Part shown: positions 31,255 to 40,929 of the stretch, piece by piece
Position numbering within the stretch: position 1 is the stretch's first letter
How the letters are laid out: the number at the start of each line of letters is the position of its first letter
Source of the DNA: an uncultured delta proteobacterium
GTDB taxonomy: Bacteria; Desulfobacterota; Desulfobacteria; Desulfobacterales; B30-G6
Reading direction: 5' to 3'
DNA: 64,000 nucleotides
Assembly (NCBI GenBank): GCA_963823335.1
Contig: CAWGLD010000001.1
Location: forward strand, 1,664,001-1,728,000
Notes under the pieces: model-generated
The model's input: the letters and a program-made list of their open reading frames with translations, nothing else
Databases searched by the model: none
What the model was told of the DNA's origin: nothing
Made by a program: the position numbers and the translations under genes

Positions 31255-33354
31255 ATGGAAACTGTTTTGATTCCACCGGCCAGCGCATATTTTCTCGGAA
31301 TACCGACCATCGTTTTTTCATTTCTGATTCCCATCGCGGGTATCGTCATTTTTTCGTATATAATGGGTATGCGGGTGATGCCGTTGTTGAAAGCGGCACC
31401 GGAAAACCGCTGGAACCGCTTTGGTGAACGATTCAGAAATCTGGTGAAGATCTGGCTGTTTCAATACCGTCAGCCACGCTATCTGTTGGCGGGTGTGCTG
31501 CATATCGTAATTTTTGCCGGCTTCCTCATTTTGAGTATTCGTTCCACTTCACTGGTGATTCTTGGCATTTCGGAAAACTTTGTTTTTCCCGGGCTGGGAG
31601 GCCCCTTAGGGACTGTTTACAATCTGTTCAAAGACTATGCCGCCACCATGGTCCTGGTGGCCTGTGTCATCGCCATGGTCCGCAGGGGTATCTTGACGCC
31701 TGAAAGATATGCCGTTCCGGAACGTTATGGAAAAGATCATACCGCGGAAGCCGTTTTCGTTCTCTGCATCATATCGACGCTCATGATTTCCGAGAGCCTG
31801 TTTGAGGCCAGTGCCGCGGTGGCCCAGTCCCAGAAGGGCTTACATGCTGAGTTCATCGCGCCGTTCAGTATCGCCTGGCTCTTCAAGATTCTGATGGGCG
31901 ATGCAAGTGTGGGGACATTGCAGACAACCCACCTGGTCACATATTATATTCATGATGTCACCTTCTTTTATTTTCTGTGTTTTCTCCCCCTGGGAAAGCA
32001 TTTTCATGTGATCACCTCGATTTTCAACGTGTTTTTCATGCGGATCGAGCGGGGAAATATCAAACCGGTGCGGCACGGTGTCAGTGACGAGCAGCTGGAT
32101 GACCTGGCATCTTTCGGTGTGAAAAAACTGGAAGATTTTACCTGGAAACATATGCTTGACTTTTACTCATGCGCCGATTGTGGCAGGTGTTCTGATCAGT
32201 GTCCTGCCAATGCCGTCAAACGGCCGCTGTCGCCGAGATTCATCTCCATCAAGGGCAGGGACGCCATCTTCAAAAATTATCCCATCTATCCCGTCGGCGC
32301 CTTTGCTCCGGAGAGTGAACCGCTCATGGGAAACGTGTACCAGGAAGATGAAATATGGTCGTGTACAACCTGTGGCGCCTGTGAGCAGGAGTGCCCGCTG
32401 GGAATCGAGTATATCGATAAGATCGTCGACCTTCGCCGGGGCATGGTTGACGAAGGCACGGTACCACAGTCCCTGCAGAAACCATTGAGTGCCCTGGAAA
32501 AAAGGGGTAACCCCTGGGGCAAGATGGAGAAAAAAAGGGCCGACTGGGCAGAAGCTCTGCCGGAAGAGGTTCAGGTAAAGGTTCTGGGGAAAAAGGAAAC
32601 CGCCAGAACGCTTTATTTTGCCGACAGCATTACCTCCTATGATGACCGGATGCAGGATATCGGTCGAGCCAGTGCCAGGATCCTGCAAGCAGCTCACGAG
32701 GATTTCGGTATTCTCGGTAAGGCCGAAAAGGACAGTGGTAACGAGGTCCGGCGGTTTGGTGAAGAGATGCTGTTTCAGGAGCTGCGGGATAAAAATACGG
32801 AGGCGATTCTCGCTTCGGGTGTCGAGGGAATTGTCACAGCTGATCCGCATGCATTCAATGTCCTCAAGAATGAGTATGCCGATATTCCGCCGGTGGAACA
32901 TATCAGCCAGTATGTCCTGCGACAGCTCAAGTCCGGAAAGCTGAAATTTGTGCCGGCCGACAGCAGCGGCAAGGTTTATACGTACCATGACCCCTGCTAT
33001 CTGGGACGGCATAACGGACTATACGAAGAACCCAGGGAGGTCATCGATGCAATTCCCGGTATCAAGCGGGTCGACATGAAAAAATGTCGGGACCGCTCGT
33101 TCTGCTGTGGTGGCGGAGGGCTGATGCTTTTCTATGAACCCGAAGAGGAGCAGCGTATGGGCGTTCTACGGGTTGAAATGGCAGTCGAAGCGGGCGCCGA
33201 TGTCATTGTTACCGCATGCCCTTTCTGTCTCGTAAACATAGAAGACGCCATCAAGGTCGCTGGAATGGAAGGCAAGATGGAAGCCATCGACCTGGCCGAA
33301 CTGGTGATACAACACACGGCTGAAAATGTGGAACCGGCAGTATCTGAAGCGTAA
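31255..33354 (+). CDS. Membrane Fe-S oxidoreductase, FadF/EMO type (ETF:menaquinone oxidoreductase-like)
   Basis: N-terminal transmembrane domain; CADCGRC and CTTCGAC ferredoxin motifs; HDPC, CCGGGG and ACPFC; lies between the acyl-CoA dehydrogenase and etfBA. Confidence 0.88.
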   Translation: METVLIPPASAYFLGIPTIVFSFLIPIAGIVIFSYIMGMRVMPLLKAAPENRWNRFGERFRNLVKIWLFQYRQPRYLLAGVLHIVIFAGFLILSIRSTSLVILGISENFVFPGLGGPLGTVYNLFKDYAATMVLVACVIAMVRRGILTPERYAVPERYGKDHTAEAVFVLCIISTLMISESLFEASAAVAQSQKGLHAEFIAPFSIAWLFKILMGDASVGTLQTTHLVTYYIHDVTFFYFLCFLPLGKHFHVITSIFNVFFMRIERGNIKPVRHGVSDEQLDDLASFGVKKLEDFTWKHMLDFYSCADCGRCSDQCPANAVKRPLSPRFISIKGRDAIFKNYPIYPVGAFAPESEPLMGNVYQEDEIWSCTTCGACEQECPLGIEYIDKIVDLRRGMVDEGTVPQSLQKPLSALEKRGNPWGKMEKKRADWAEALPEEVQVKVLGKKETARTLYFADSITSYDDRMQDIGRASARILQAAHEDFGILGKAEKDSGNEVRRFGEEMLFQELRDKNTEAILASGVEGIVTADPHAFNVLKNEYADIPPVEHISQYVLRQLKSGKLKFVPADSSGKVYTYHDPCYLGRHNGLYEEPREVIDAIPGIKRVDMKKCRDRSFCCGGGGLMLFYEPEEEQRMGVLRVEMAVEAGADVIVTACPFCLVNIEDAIKVAGMEGKMEAIDLAELVIQHTAENVEPAVSEA

Positions 33355-33732
33355 AACAACTACCGGCATGCAAGCATGGCGACGGTATATAGTGCGGCCG
33401 GTGGATAATCCCTGTTCGACCGTGAAAAACTCGCTCAAAAGAGGCCGTAATACCGAACAGCGCCATATCTTGATGATGAGTTCTTATCGGTTTTCCGGGT
33501 GTGATTACATATGTAGCTATCTCAAACTGTTCGGTATAACGGTCTCTAATGACCTCAGACAGTTTCACGATCTCTCATGGATCACCCATCGGCCTTGGAG
33601 GTGCTGCCCTTCTGGGTTTATAGGCTTGTATGAGAATTGAAGCAAAAGTATCGTTAAATAGCGACAACGTCGCGTCAAATAAAATCGTGCAACGATTTTA
33701 TCATGGAATAAATTTTAAATGGGAGGACGGTT

Positions 33733-34524
33733 ATGGAGATCTTGGTATGCGTCAAAAGAGTTCCGGATACAGCGGAAAATGAAATCGAGGTTAATAAGGA
33801 CGGCACCGGCATCGATACAGATGACCTGGTCTACTCGGTGAACGAGTGGGACAATTATGCTGTGGAAGAGGCAATCCAGATACGAGACGATGTGGGGGGA
33901 AGTGTCACCATCGTATCGGTGGGCGACGAGGAATCCGAAGAGGTGGTAAGACGGGAAATGGCCATGGGGGCCGACAATGGCCTGCTCTTGACGGATGATG
34001 CCTTTGAAGGCTCTGACGGGAAAGGTACTGCGACATTATTGAAAGCAGTTGTGGAGAAGGGCAATTATGATCTTATCCTGACGGGCGCTCAGGCAGATGA
34101 CGGGGCCGGCCAGGTCGGTGGTATGGTGGCGGCCATGCTCGACATGCCCTATGCTTCGCTGGTAAACGCCATCGAGGTATTGGATGACAAGAAACTGAAG
34201 ATCGGCAGGGAAATAGAGGGCGGCAACCAGGAGATGAGCGAAATAGAGCTGCCCTGCGTCCTTTCCATCCAGACCGGTATCAATGAGCCTCGCTATGTCG
34301 GTATCCGGGGTATTCGCAAAGTGGCATCCATCGAAATTCCTGTTTACGGCACAGGTGACCTGGGGGTTTCCGCCGAAACGGTGGGACAAGCCGGAGCCCG
34401 GGTCAAACGCATGGATTATTTTGTGCCCGAACTCGGTGAAGGCGCCGAGATGCTGGAAGGGAGTACCGAAGAGATTGTTACGAAACTGATTGAATTACTC
34501 AAGGCCAAAGGAGGGATCAAATAA
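33733..34524 (+). CDS. etfB: Electron transfer flavoprotein beta subunit
   Basis: VCVKRVPD, NEWDNYAVEEA, AMGAD and NEPRY motifs. Confidence 0.95.
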   Translation: MEILVCVKRVPDTAENEIEVNKDGTGIDTDDLVYSVNEWDNYAVEEAIQIRDDVGGSVTIVSVGDEESEEVVRREMAMGADNGLLLTDDAFEGSDGKGTATLLKAVVEKGNYDLILTGAQADDGAGQVGGMVAAMLDMPYASLVNAIEVLDDKKLKIGREIEGGNQEMSEIELPCVLSIQTGINEPRYVGIRGIRKVASIEIPVYGTGDLGVSAETVGQAGARVKRMDYFVPELGEGAEMLEGSTEEIVTKLIELLKAKGGIK

Positions 34525-35486
34525 TGGCAAAGATGTTTACCTATATTACGTATAAGAACGGGGTCCCTGATGATTCAGCTCTGGAGCTGGTGAACGCCGC
34601 TAAAAAGATAGCACCCGACGCATCGCCCACGGCGGTTGTTGTGGGCTCGGGAATCGATGCGCTGTGTGGCGAGGTGGCCGCTTCCTATGCCGAGGTCTGG
34701 AAGGTCGATAGCGAGGCCCTCGCCTATCCCAATGCAGAGGTCATCCGCAAAGTGCTGTCGAACATATTGCCCCAGGGTTGTATTCTCCTGGTACCGCACG
34801 ATACTTTTGGAATGGACCTGTCACCGGGTCTGTCCATAAAAATGGATACGGTATTCATACCGGACACGGTCGGGTTTGAAGGCCTCGAAGGATCGATACT
34901 GAAATGTATCCGGCAGGAATATGGTGGGGCTGTCAGCACCCATGTGTCATGCGATATCACCGGGGGAGCCATCATCAATATCCGTGCCGGGGCATTCCAG
35001 CCGGATGAGAGCAAGGCTGCCTCCGGTCAGGTTGTTGACAAATCGGCGGATGTCGGTGATCTGTCCACCAAACGTAGGTATCTTGAAACCGTGGCGGCCG
35101 AAGTGGGCGATGTAGACATTACCAAGGAGGATGTGCTGGTTTCCATTGGACGCGGTATCGAGGAAGAAGACAACATCGAAATCGCAGAAGACCTGGCAAA
35201 AGCAATGGGTGCCGTGGTCTCCTGTTCGCGACCCATTGTAGACGCCAAATGGCTTGAGAAATCCCGCCAGGTGGGAACGTCCGGGCAGACGGTCAAACCC
35301 AAAGTCTACCTGGCCTGCGGCATCAGCGGTTCGTTTCAGCACCTGGGTGGCCTCAAGGGGAACCCCTTTGTCGTGGCCATCAACAAGAACCCCAAAGCAC
35401 CTATTTTCCAGATAGCTGACGTGGGTATCGAAGCCGACATCCTCGAGTTTCTACCGGAGCTGACAGAGGCTATCGAAGCCCTTTAA
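34524..35486 (+). CDS. etfA: Electron transfer flavoprotein alpha subunit
   Basis: SRPIVD, QVGTSG, GISGSFQH and AINKNPKAPIF motifs. Confidence 0.95.
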   Translation: MAKMFTYITYKNGVPDDSALELVNAAKKIAPDASPTAVVVGSGIDALCGEVAASYAEVWKVDSEALAYPNAEVIRKVLSNILPQGCILLVPHDTFGMDLSPGLSIKMDTVFIPDTVGFEGLEGSILKCIRQEYGGAVSTHVSCDITGGAIINIRAGAFQPDESKAASGQVVDKSADVGDLSTKRRYLETVAAEVGDVDITKEDVLVSIGRGIEEEDNIEIAEDLAKAMGAVVSCSRPIVDAKWLEKSRQVGTSGQTVKPKVYLACGISGSFQHLGGLKGNPFVVAINKNPKAPIFQIADVGIEADILEFLPELTEAIEAL

Positions 35487-35538
35487 AATCGCTTTGCGAT
35501 TTTAAAGGGAGGCGACTTTGTCGCTTGACTAGTTGTAT

Positions 35539-35582
35539 TAAAAACCCCGATTCGGCTTTTCAAACCGATCGGGGTTTTTTAA
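35539..35582. terminator. Bidirectional intrinsic terminator after etfA
   Basis: AAAAACCCCGATTCGG...CCGATCGGGGTTTTTT. Confidence 0.75.
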
Positions 35583-35659
35583 CGACGGACGGATCCCCAG
35601 CTGAGAATCGAACCCAGGATTAGAAGGCCGCAGCCAATCCACAGTCTCGTTCCCGGCAC

Positions 35660-35951
35660 AACTGTGAGATATAAACAGCAGCAGCATATAACTCACGAAC
35701 AGTGCGCCGCAGCCTAGCAGGTATCTTAGCGGCAGCCGCATGATTTACTGCCGTCTCCGACTGGAGCGCAGAAGGGAGACCAGGGCGGCAATACAACTGA
35801 CACTGTAAACGGATGCCGCGGCGGTTACCGGACCAAGCTGCTCGGAAAGACTGCGGGCAAAGGCGACCGTCGTGCTCCAGATCAAAATGGACCCAAAACC
35901 GCCTGCCGTGGCAAAATATGAATTGTTCGCTGTTTTCGTGGTGTGGGGTAA
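35660..35951 (-). pseudogene. Truncated YddG-like (EamA/DMT) exporter remnant
   Basis: FATAGGFGSILIWSTTVAFARSLSEQLGPVTAAASVYS...RRRQ*IMRLPLRYLLGCGALFVSYMLLL resembles the YddG N-terminus; TAA at 35745-35747; no start codon; remainder missing. Confidence 0.7.
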
Positions 35952-35959
35952 GGCCTCTC

Positions 35960-37429
35960 CTATTCCAGGCGATCGATGAGCTCGCAGAACAGGCGCACAC
36001 CGAAACCGGTACCGCCGGGATCACAATAGGCTGTCCCCTTTTTCTGGTGGGCAGGGCCAGCGATATCGATGTGCGCCCAGCGGGTGCCTTCTGCAAAACC
36101 CGACAGAAACAGGGCCGCTGTAATGGCCCCGCCCCAACGTGTACTGCTCATGTTGTTGGTGTCGGCAAGTTCGCTTTTCAGGAGCTCCCTGTAATCTTCC
36201 GGCAGGGGCAGCCGCCAGATACGTTCATGGGTTTTTTGGCCGGAATCGATGATGGCCTGGGCCAGGGCATCATCCTGTGTAAAAAGACCGGCAATCTTTT
36301 CCCCCAGCGCCATGACACATGCACCGGTCAGGGTGGCGATATCGATCATGACGTCGGGCTTGTATTTCTTCATGGTGTAGGACATGGCATCAGCCAGAAT
36401 CAGGCGGCCCTCTGCATCCGTGTTGCCGATCTCGATGGTTTTTCCGGCATGGCTCGTGATGATGTCACCCGGTCGCGTGGCGCTGCCTGAAATCATATTT
36501 TCCACCAGGGGAATAATGCCGAGGATCCTGACCTTGGGTTTCAGTTTTGCCGCGGTGATGAGTGTGGCGGCGACGGCTGCCGCACCCGACATATCGCACT
36601 TCATGTCCTCCAAGCCACCCGTGGGCTTCAGGTTAATGCCGCCGGCATCGAAGGTAACACCTTTGCCCACCAGGGCAATGGTTTTTTCTGCACTTTTGGG
36701 CGCATATTCCAGGACTACCAGCCGGGGTGTATTCTGGCTGCCGGCTGCCACAGCCATGAGGGCGCCGAATTTTTCCTGTCGGAGTTGTTTCGGGTCAAGA
36801 AGGGTTGTTTTGAGATTTTCTTTGCCGGCCAGAGTAATGAAGTCCTTGCTCAATTGGGCCGGTGTTTTGTCATTGGAGGGTGTGCTGACCCAGTCTCTGG
36901 CCAGGAGGGTTCCCTGACAGATGACTTCGACCCGCTTGGGTAGTTCCGCATACACCTTGACGGTACTTGCCGGGAGTGCCAGGGTGATATGTTTCAGCGG
37001 TTTCAATTCTTTCTTCTCTTTATAGCGGTCGAAAACATGGTTGCCAAGACAGGCTCCCTCTAAAATCGCCGAAACCAGATTTTCTTCCGCCACGGGCACC
37101 AGGTCCGAAGACGGTGTTCCAATCACGATCTCCTTGAGTCCGCGTTTGATGCTTGATTTGACGGCTTTTCCGGAGAAGGCCCGCAGTTTCTCGGAATTCA
37201 GTTTCCCGTGTTTGCCGAGACCGATAAAGATCACCCGTTCCACCTGGGTGCCGGCAGGGTTGTAGAGGGTGAGTTTCTCATCCTGTTTGCCATGGAATTC
37301 TTCTATTTTCTTGGCCTCTTCTGCCAGAGTTGACAGGAGGTCTGTATGGATGTCCTTGTCTTCACAGACAGGTATGGCCAGTGTGGATATCTTGTCTTTT
37401 TTAAGATCATAGGTTTTCAGTTTTAGCAT
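35960..37429 (-). CDS. pepA: Leucyl aminopeptidase (M17)
   Basis: VGKGVTFDAGG, MKCDMSGAA, NTDAEGRL and WAHIDIAG motifs. Confidence 0.95.
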   Translation of the reverse strand: MLKLKTYDLKKDKISTLAIPVCEDKDIHTDLLSTLAEEAKKIEEFHGKQDEKLTLYNPAGTQVERVIFIGLGKHGKLNSEKLRAFSGKAVKSSIKRGLKEIVIGTPSSDLVPVAEENLVSAILEGACLGNHVFDRYKEKKELKPLKHITLALPASTVKVYAELPKRVEVICQGTLLARDWVSTPSNDKTPAQLSKDFITLAGKENLKTTLLDPKQLRQEKFGALMAVAAGSQNTPRLVVLEYAPKSAEKTIALVGKGVTFDAGGINLKPTGGLEDMKCDMSGAAAVAATLITAAKLKPKVRILGIIPLVENMISGSATRPGDIITSHAGKTIEIGNTDAEGRLILADAMSYTMKKYKPDVMIDIATLTGACVMALGEKIAGLFTQDDALAQAIIDSGQKTHERIWRLPLPEDYRELLKSELADTNNMSSTRWGGAITAALFLSGFAEGTRWAHIDIAGPAHQKKGTAYCDPGGTGFGVRLFCELIDRLE

Positions 37430-37448
37430 GGGTCACCTCGTAGGAATT

Positions 37449-37594
37449 TAGAAGCTATCTCAAAAAAGTTCTTTGGTCCAATTTCTGTGTTGGTCCCTTG
37501 CTTCAACTCCTCGGAATACCACAGTATACCTGTGGGTTGAAGTACGGGTCCGCCTTGAACTATAACCAAAATCCTTTTTTTGAGATGGCTTCTA
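37449..37594 (-). mobile_element. Family A palindromic element, copy 2 (inverted)
   Basis: TA-flanked 146 bp, colinear with the reverse complement of copy 1; TIRs GAAGCTATCTCAAAAA / TTTTTGAGATGGCTTC. Confidence 0.85.
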
Positions 37595-37713
37595 GTAAGA
37601 AAGCTGTTGGCGACGAGTCTTTCGCACAGAAGAGACAAGGTCGCGATTCATTAAATCGTTTAGTGCTTTAATTGTTTATATGCACGTAGTTATAAGATCG
37701 ATTGGCAACCGTG

Positions 37714-38439
37714 TCAATGTGTGGGAGAAAATGGCCTGCAAGTGCCATGCCCCGGGCAGAGGATGCCTGATATGCCCAATTGTTTGATTTTCTCATGAGA
37801 TACCTCCTGATCCTCCGGGCTCGACACAAAACTGTTGAGTAAGACCCCGCCGTTGAGAACAACGATAAAATCCCCGGAAATAAAGACCCTGGATTCGGGA
37901 TCCCAGAAAGAGGTTTCATCGGGTCGATGACCGGGTGTCTGCAGGGTCAAAAAACCGGGCAGGACGTTCGTCTCATCGGCGAAATAGTTAACACGATCCT
38001 GTGGGAAACCTTTTTTAAAGGGTGTTCCATAAAGTGCCCCTCGAAAGACATCCCTCAGGCTGGGCCGGTAAACATACGCCTGCATGCAGGGAATCAGAAT
38101 CTCTTTGAGGGCCCGGGACCCGGGAAAAGGGACCGTCTTCTGTCCCCGAACAAGGGGTCTGGCTTTTTCATGAAACCAGATCTCGGTCTTTTGGTAGATT
38201 TTTTTTAACCCGATCCAGCCCGATATATGATCCACGTGAAAGTGAGTGCAGACGACCCGTTTCAAGGGTGGAAAATCCCTTAACACCTTCAGGAGGAACA
38301 GGGTGTCGGACGGCATACCGCAATCCACCAGATAGGTCGTATTAGCGTCAGTGTCCACAAGCAGGTAGCAGTTGCTGGTGCTGCCCCAGAACTGGTAGAG
38401 CGCTCGCGAGCCCGACAGCTTTTTTGTGTACAGGATCAT
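37714..38439 (-). CDS. Metallo-beta-lactamase-fold hydrolase
   Basis: THFHVDH, TPGH, SGD and CPGHG motifs. Confidence 0.85.
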   Translation of the reverse strand: MILYTKKLSGSRALYQFWGSTSNCYLLVDTDANTTYLVDCGMPSDTLFLLKVLRDFPPLKRVVCTHFHVDHISGWIGLKKIYQKTEIWFHEKARPLVRGQKTVPFPGSRALKEILIPCMQAYVYRPSLRDVFRGALYGTPFKKGFPQDRVNYFADETNVLPGFLTLQTPGHRPDETSFWDPESRVFISGDFIVVLNGGVLLNSFVSSPEDQEVSHEKIKQLGISGILCPGHGTCRPFSPTH

Positions 38440-38565
38440 GTGGTTATCATGCCGGAAATCGAGTGCCTTGTCAAAGAGGATGACAAGGTGAACATAAACC
38501 CCTTGCACCGGCGGTCATACTGTGGCATGCCAGGCATACGTAAAATTTTTCAAAGGAATCGCTTG

Positions 38566-39798
38566 ATGACGAATATGACGGGTTCCGATACTGCTCTCCG
38601 ACTGCAAGAGGCCCTGGAGATGACACTGGCGCATGTCCATCCGTTTCCGGGTGTTCGGGTTCCGCTGTCGGAAGGTCTCAACCGGATCATCGCCTCGGAT
38701 ATCCGGTCCAGGGTTGATTCACCCTCCATGGACGTATCCTTGATGGATGGTTATGCTGTAAGGTCGACCGATCTTTCCAGGGCGGCAAAAGAACGGCCGG
38801 TGCTACTGGAACTGGCTGGGACAGTGGCTGCAGGCGGACTTCCGGGTCGAATTGTCAAACCGCGGCATACCATCCGGGTGTTGACCGGAGGGCCGATACC
38901 GACCGGTGCGGATGCGGTGATTGCGGAAGAAGTTACAACACGGCAAGACCGTCTCGTTGAATTTTATCAAAGCGCTGAATGCGGCCACAACATTTTGCCC
39001 AGGGGAAGTGACGTGGCAAAAAGACAAGTGGTTGCCAGGGCGGGGTGTCTGCTAAGACCTGGATTGCTGGGCATGCTGGCCGCAGCGGGTCACAGCCATG
39101 TCGAGGTGGTTCGAGCACCCGAGGTCGCCATCATCGGCACGGGCGATGAGGTGGTGACCCCTGGAGACCCGTTGCCGGAAGGAAAACTCTATGCCAGCAA
39201 TATCACCACGATGGCCGGCTGGTGCCGGCGTTATGGTTTTCGAACACGGCTTGGCCTGGTTGGTGACGAGCCAGAGGACATTGCCCGGACCCTGGGTCCA
39301 ACCATCGATCAGGTCGATGCCGTCGTTACCAGCGGCGGTGCCTGGGCCGGTGACAGGGACATGGTGGCAGCGGTGCTCCGGCGCCTGGGGTGGAAGCAGG
39401 TTTTTCACGGGATTCGCATGACCCCGGGGAAGGGGGTTGGTTTCGGTTTGCTCGACCAGAAGCCCATTTTCATGCTGCCGGGTGGGCCGTCAGCCAATGC
39501 GATGGGTTTTCTGCAGATTGCGCTGCCGGGGCTGCTGAGACTGGCAGGGTATCGCCATACAGGTCTGCCCGAAATGAATGTTCAACTGGCAGGGGAACTG
39601 CACGGCAGGCATGCTGACTGGACGCAGTTTGTCTTCGGAACAATAGAAAAACAAGGCGGCCGGCAGATATTCAAGCCTTTGCTGATCCGCAGTAGACTTC
39701 AGGCAGTGGCCATGGCAGAGGCCATCGTGGCCATACCCGAAGGAGAGACCCGTATGGCGGTCGGTACGGTCGTCAGGGCCCAGATTTTAAACACATAA
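38566..39798 (+). CDS. moeA: Molybdopterin molybdenumtransferase
   Basis: SLMDGYA, TGGPIPTGADAV, TGDEV, TSGG, PGK and LPG motifs. Confidence 0.92.
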   Translation: MTNMTGSDTALRLQEALEMTLAHVHPFPGVRVPLSEGLNRIIASDIRSRVDSPSMDVSLMDGYAVRSTDLSRAAKERPVLLELAGTVAAGGLPGRIVKPRHTIRVLTGGPIPTGADAVIAEEVTTRQDRLVEFYQSAECGHNILPRGSDVAKRQVVARAGCLLRPGLLGMLAAAGHSHVEVVRAPEVAIIGTGDEVVTPGDPLPEGKLYASNITTMAGWCRRYGFRTRLGLVGDEPEDIARTLGPTIDQVDAVVTSGGAWAGDRDMVAAVLRRLGWKQVFHGIRMTPGKGVGFGLLDQKPIFMLPGGPSANAMGFLQIALPGLLRLAGYRHTGLPEMNVQLAGELHGRHADWTQFVFGTIEKQGGRQIFKPLLIRSRLQAVAMAEAIVAIPEGETRMAVGTVVRAQILNT

Positions 39799-39836
39799 TC
39801 TATAAGCAACTTTTATGGTTGACTTGAGATTTCAAA

Positions 39837-39911
39837 TTGAAGAACCTCGCAGCATGCGAAGCACTGCCGAACGGCAGAACCTACGGGGAATGCGCTCGCT
39901 GTTGCGGTTCA
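39837..39911 (+). repeat. Family B hairpin repeat, copy 2 (with internal insert)
   Basis: TTGAAGAACCTCGCAGCA...CTACGGGGAATGCGCTCGCTGTTGCGGTTCA. Confidence 0.7.
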
Positions 39912-39994
39912 AAATTCGATGTTGGGCGTTCAATGTTCATTTCGTGTTTTCGTGATAAAAGATCTTTTTTTTCGGATTTTACTGTTCAAAATGA

Positions 39995-40111
39995 GCAGGG
40001 CTGAAGCCCTGCGCTACGGTTTGATGTCTGTGTGACTTTGTAAAGCAGGACTGAGCCCTGCGCTACAGTTTGATGCCTGTGTGACCTTGTAGCCCAGCCC
40101 TTTAGGGCTGC
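39995..40111. repeat. Cluster of three GTAG-type REP elements within a tandem unit of about 50 bp
   Basis: Two reverse copies of GTAGCGCAGGGCTTCAGCCCTGC and one forward GTAGCCCAGCCCTTTAGGGCTGC. Confidence 0.75.
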
Positions 40112-40134
40112 CGGAATAATAACATCCGTACTAA

Positions 40135-40674
40135 ATGGAGTCATATATGCCCATACCCATCCTATCCATTGTCAGTAAAAAGAATTGCGGCAAGACCACC
40201 TTGCTCGAAAAACTTATTCCGGAGTTGAAGCGGCGGGGGTATCGTGTGGGTACGCTCAAGCACGATATCCATGGTTTCGACATCGATCACGAAGGCAAGG
40301 ATACCTTTCGGCACAAGGCTGCCGGAGCAGATGTCGTTGCCATTTCCTGTCCCTGGAAGGTGTCCGTCATCAAGGATGTTGTGCAAGAACTGACACCGCA
40401 GCAGATCGTCGAGCAATATTTCGAGGATGTGGATATTGTTTTGACGGAGGGATACAAACGAGCGAAATTACCCCAGGTCGAGGTTTTTCGCAAGCAGGCC
40501 CACCATCAACCCATCCATACTAAGGATCAACCCAAAACCCTTATTGCCCTGGTGTCTGATGTGCCCCTGGACCTGGGCGTACCCCATATCGATATCAACG
40601 ATTTCAAAGCACTGGCAGACCTGATAGAAAAACGGTTTTTAAAAAATCCGTCTCAGAACAGCAAGTCGGTCTGA
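40135..40674 (+). CDS. mobB: Molybdopterin-guanine dinucleotide biosynthesis protein B
   Basis: GKTTLLEKLI, LKHDIHGFDID, GKDT and EGYK motifs. Confidence 0.92.
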   Translation: MESYMPIPILSIVSKKNCGKTTLLEKLIPELKRRGYRVGTLKHDIHGFDIDHEGKDTFRHKAAGADVVAISCPWKVSVIKDVVQELTPQQIVEQYFEDVDIVLTEGYKRAKLPQVEVFRKQAHHQPIHTKDQPKTLIALVSDVPLDLGVPHIDINDFKALADLIEKRFLKNPSQNSKSV

Positions 40675-40679
40675 GTGCC

Positions 40680-40746
40680 TGCCATTTCGGCGAAGGCGGG
40701 AATCCAGCCGGCCTTTTTCCAGACGCCCGCTTTCGCGGGAGTGACA
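40680..40746. repeat. GTCATTCCCGC-type REP doublet (degenerate)
   Basis: GCCATTTCGGCGAAGGCGGGAATCCAG...CCCGCTTTCGCGGGAGTGAC; related half element at 49472-49523. Confidence 0.65.
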
Positions 40747-40783
40747 ATTGAAGAACCCCGCAGCATGCGAAGCACTAATTATT

Positions 40784-40929
40784 GAGAAACGCTCTAAAAA
40801 ATAGGATTTTGGCTCAAGGACAAGGCGGACGAGCGTTTCAACCCACAGGAATACTTTTGTATTTCGAGGAGTTGGAACGTGAGCCCAACGCAGAGAGTGA
40901 GCCAAAAGATATTTTTACGAATGCTTCTC
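40784..40929 (+). mobile_element. Family A palindromic element, copy 3, overlapping the carB 3' end
   Basis: Colinear with copy 1 (AATAGGATTTTG...CAAGGC...TTTCAACCCACAGGAATACTTTTGTATTTCGAGGAGTTG...AACGCAG). Confidence 0.8.

Noticed and set aside
39995-40111. Repeated units as a CRISPR array
   Set aside because: The spacers are themselves near-identical, there are only 2-3 units, no cas genes are present, and the motif matches GTAG REPs
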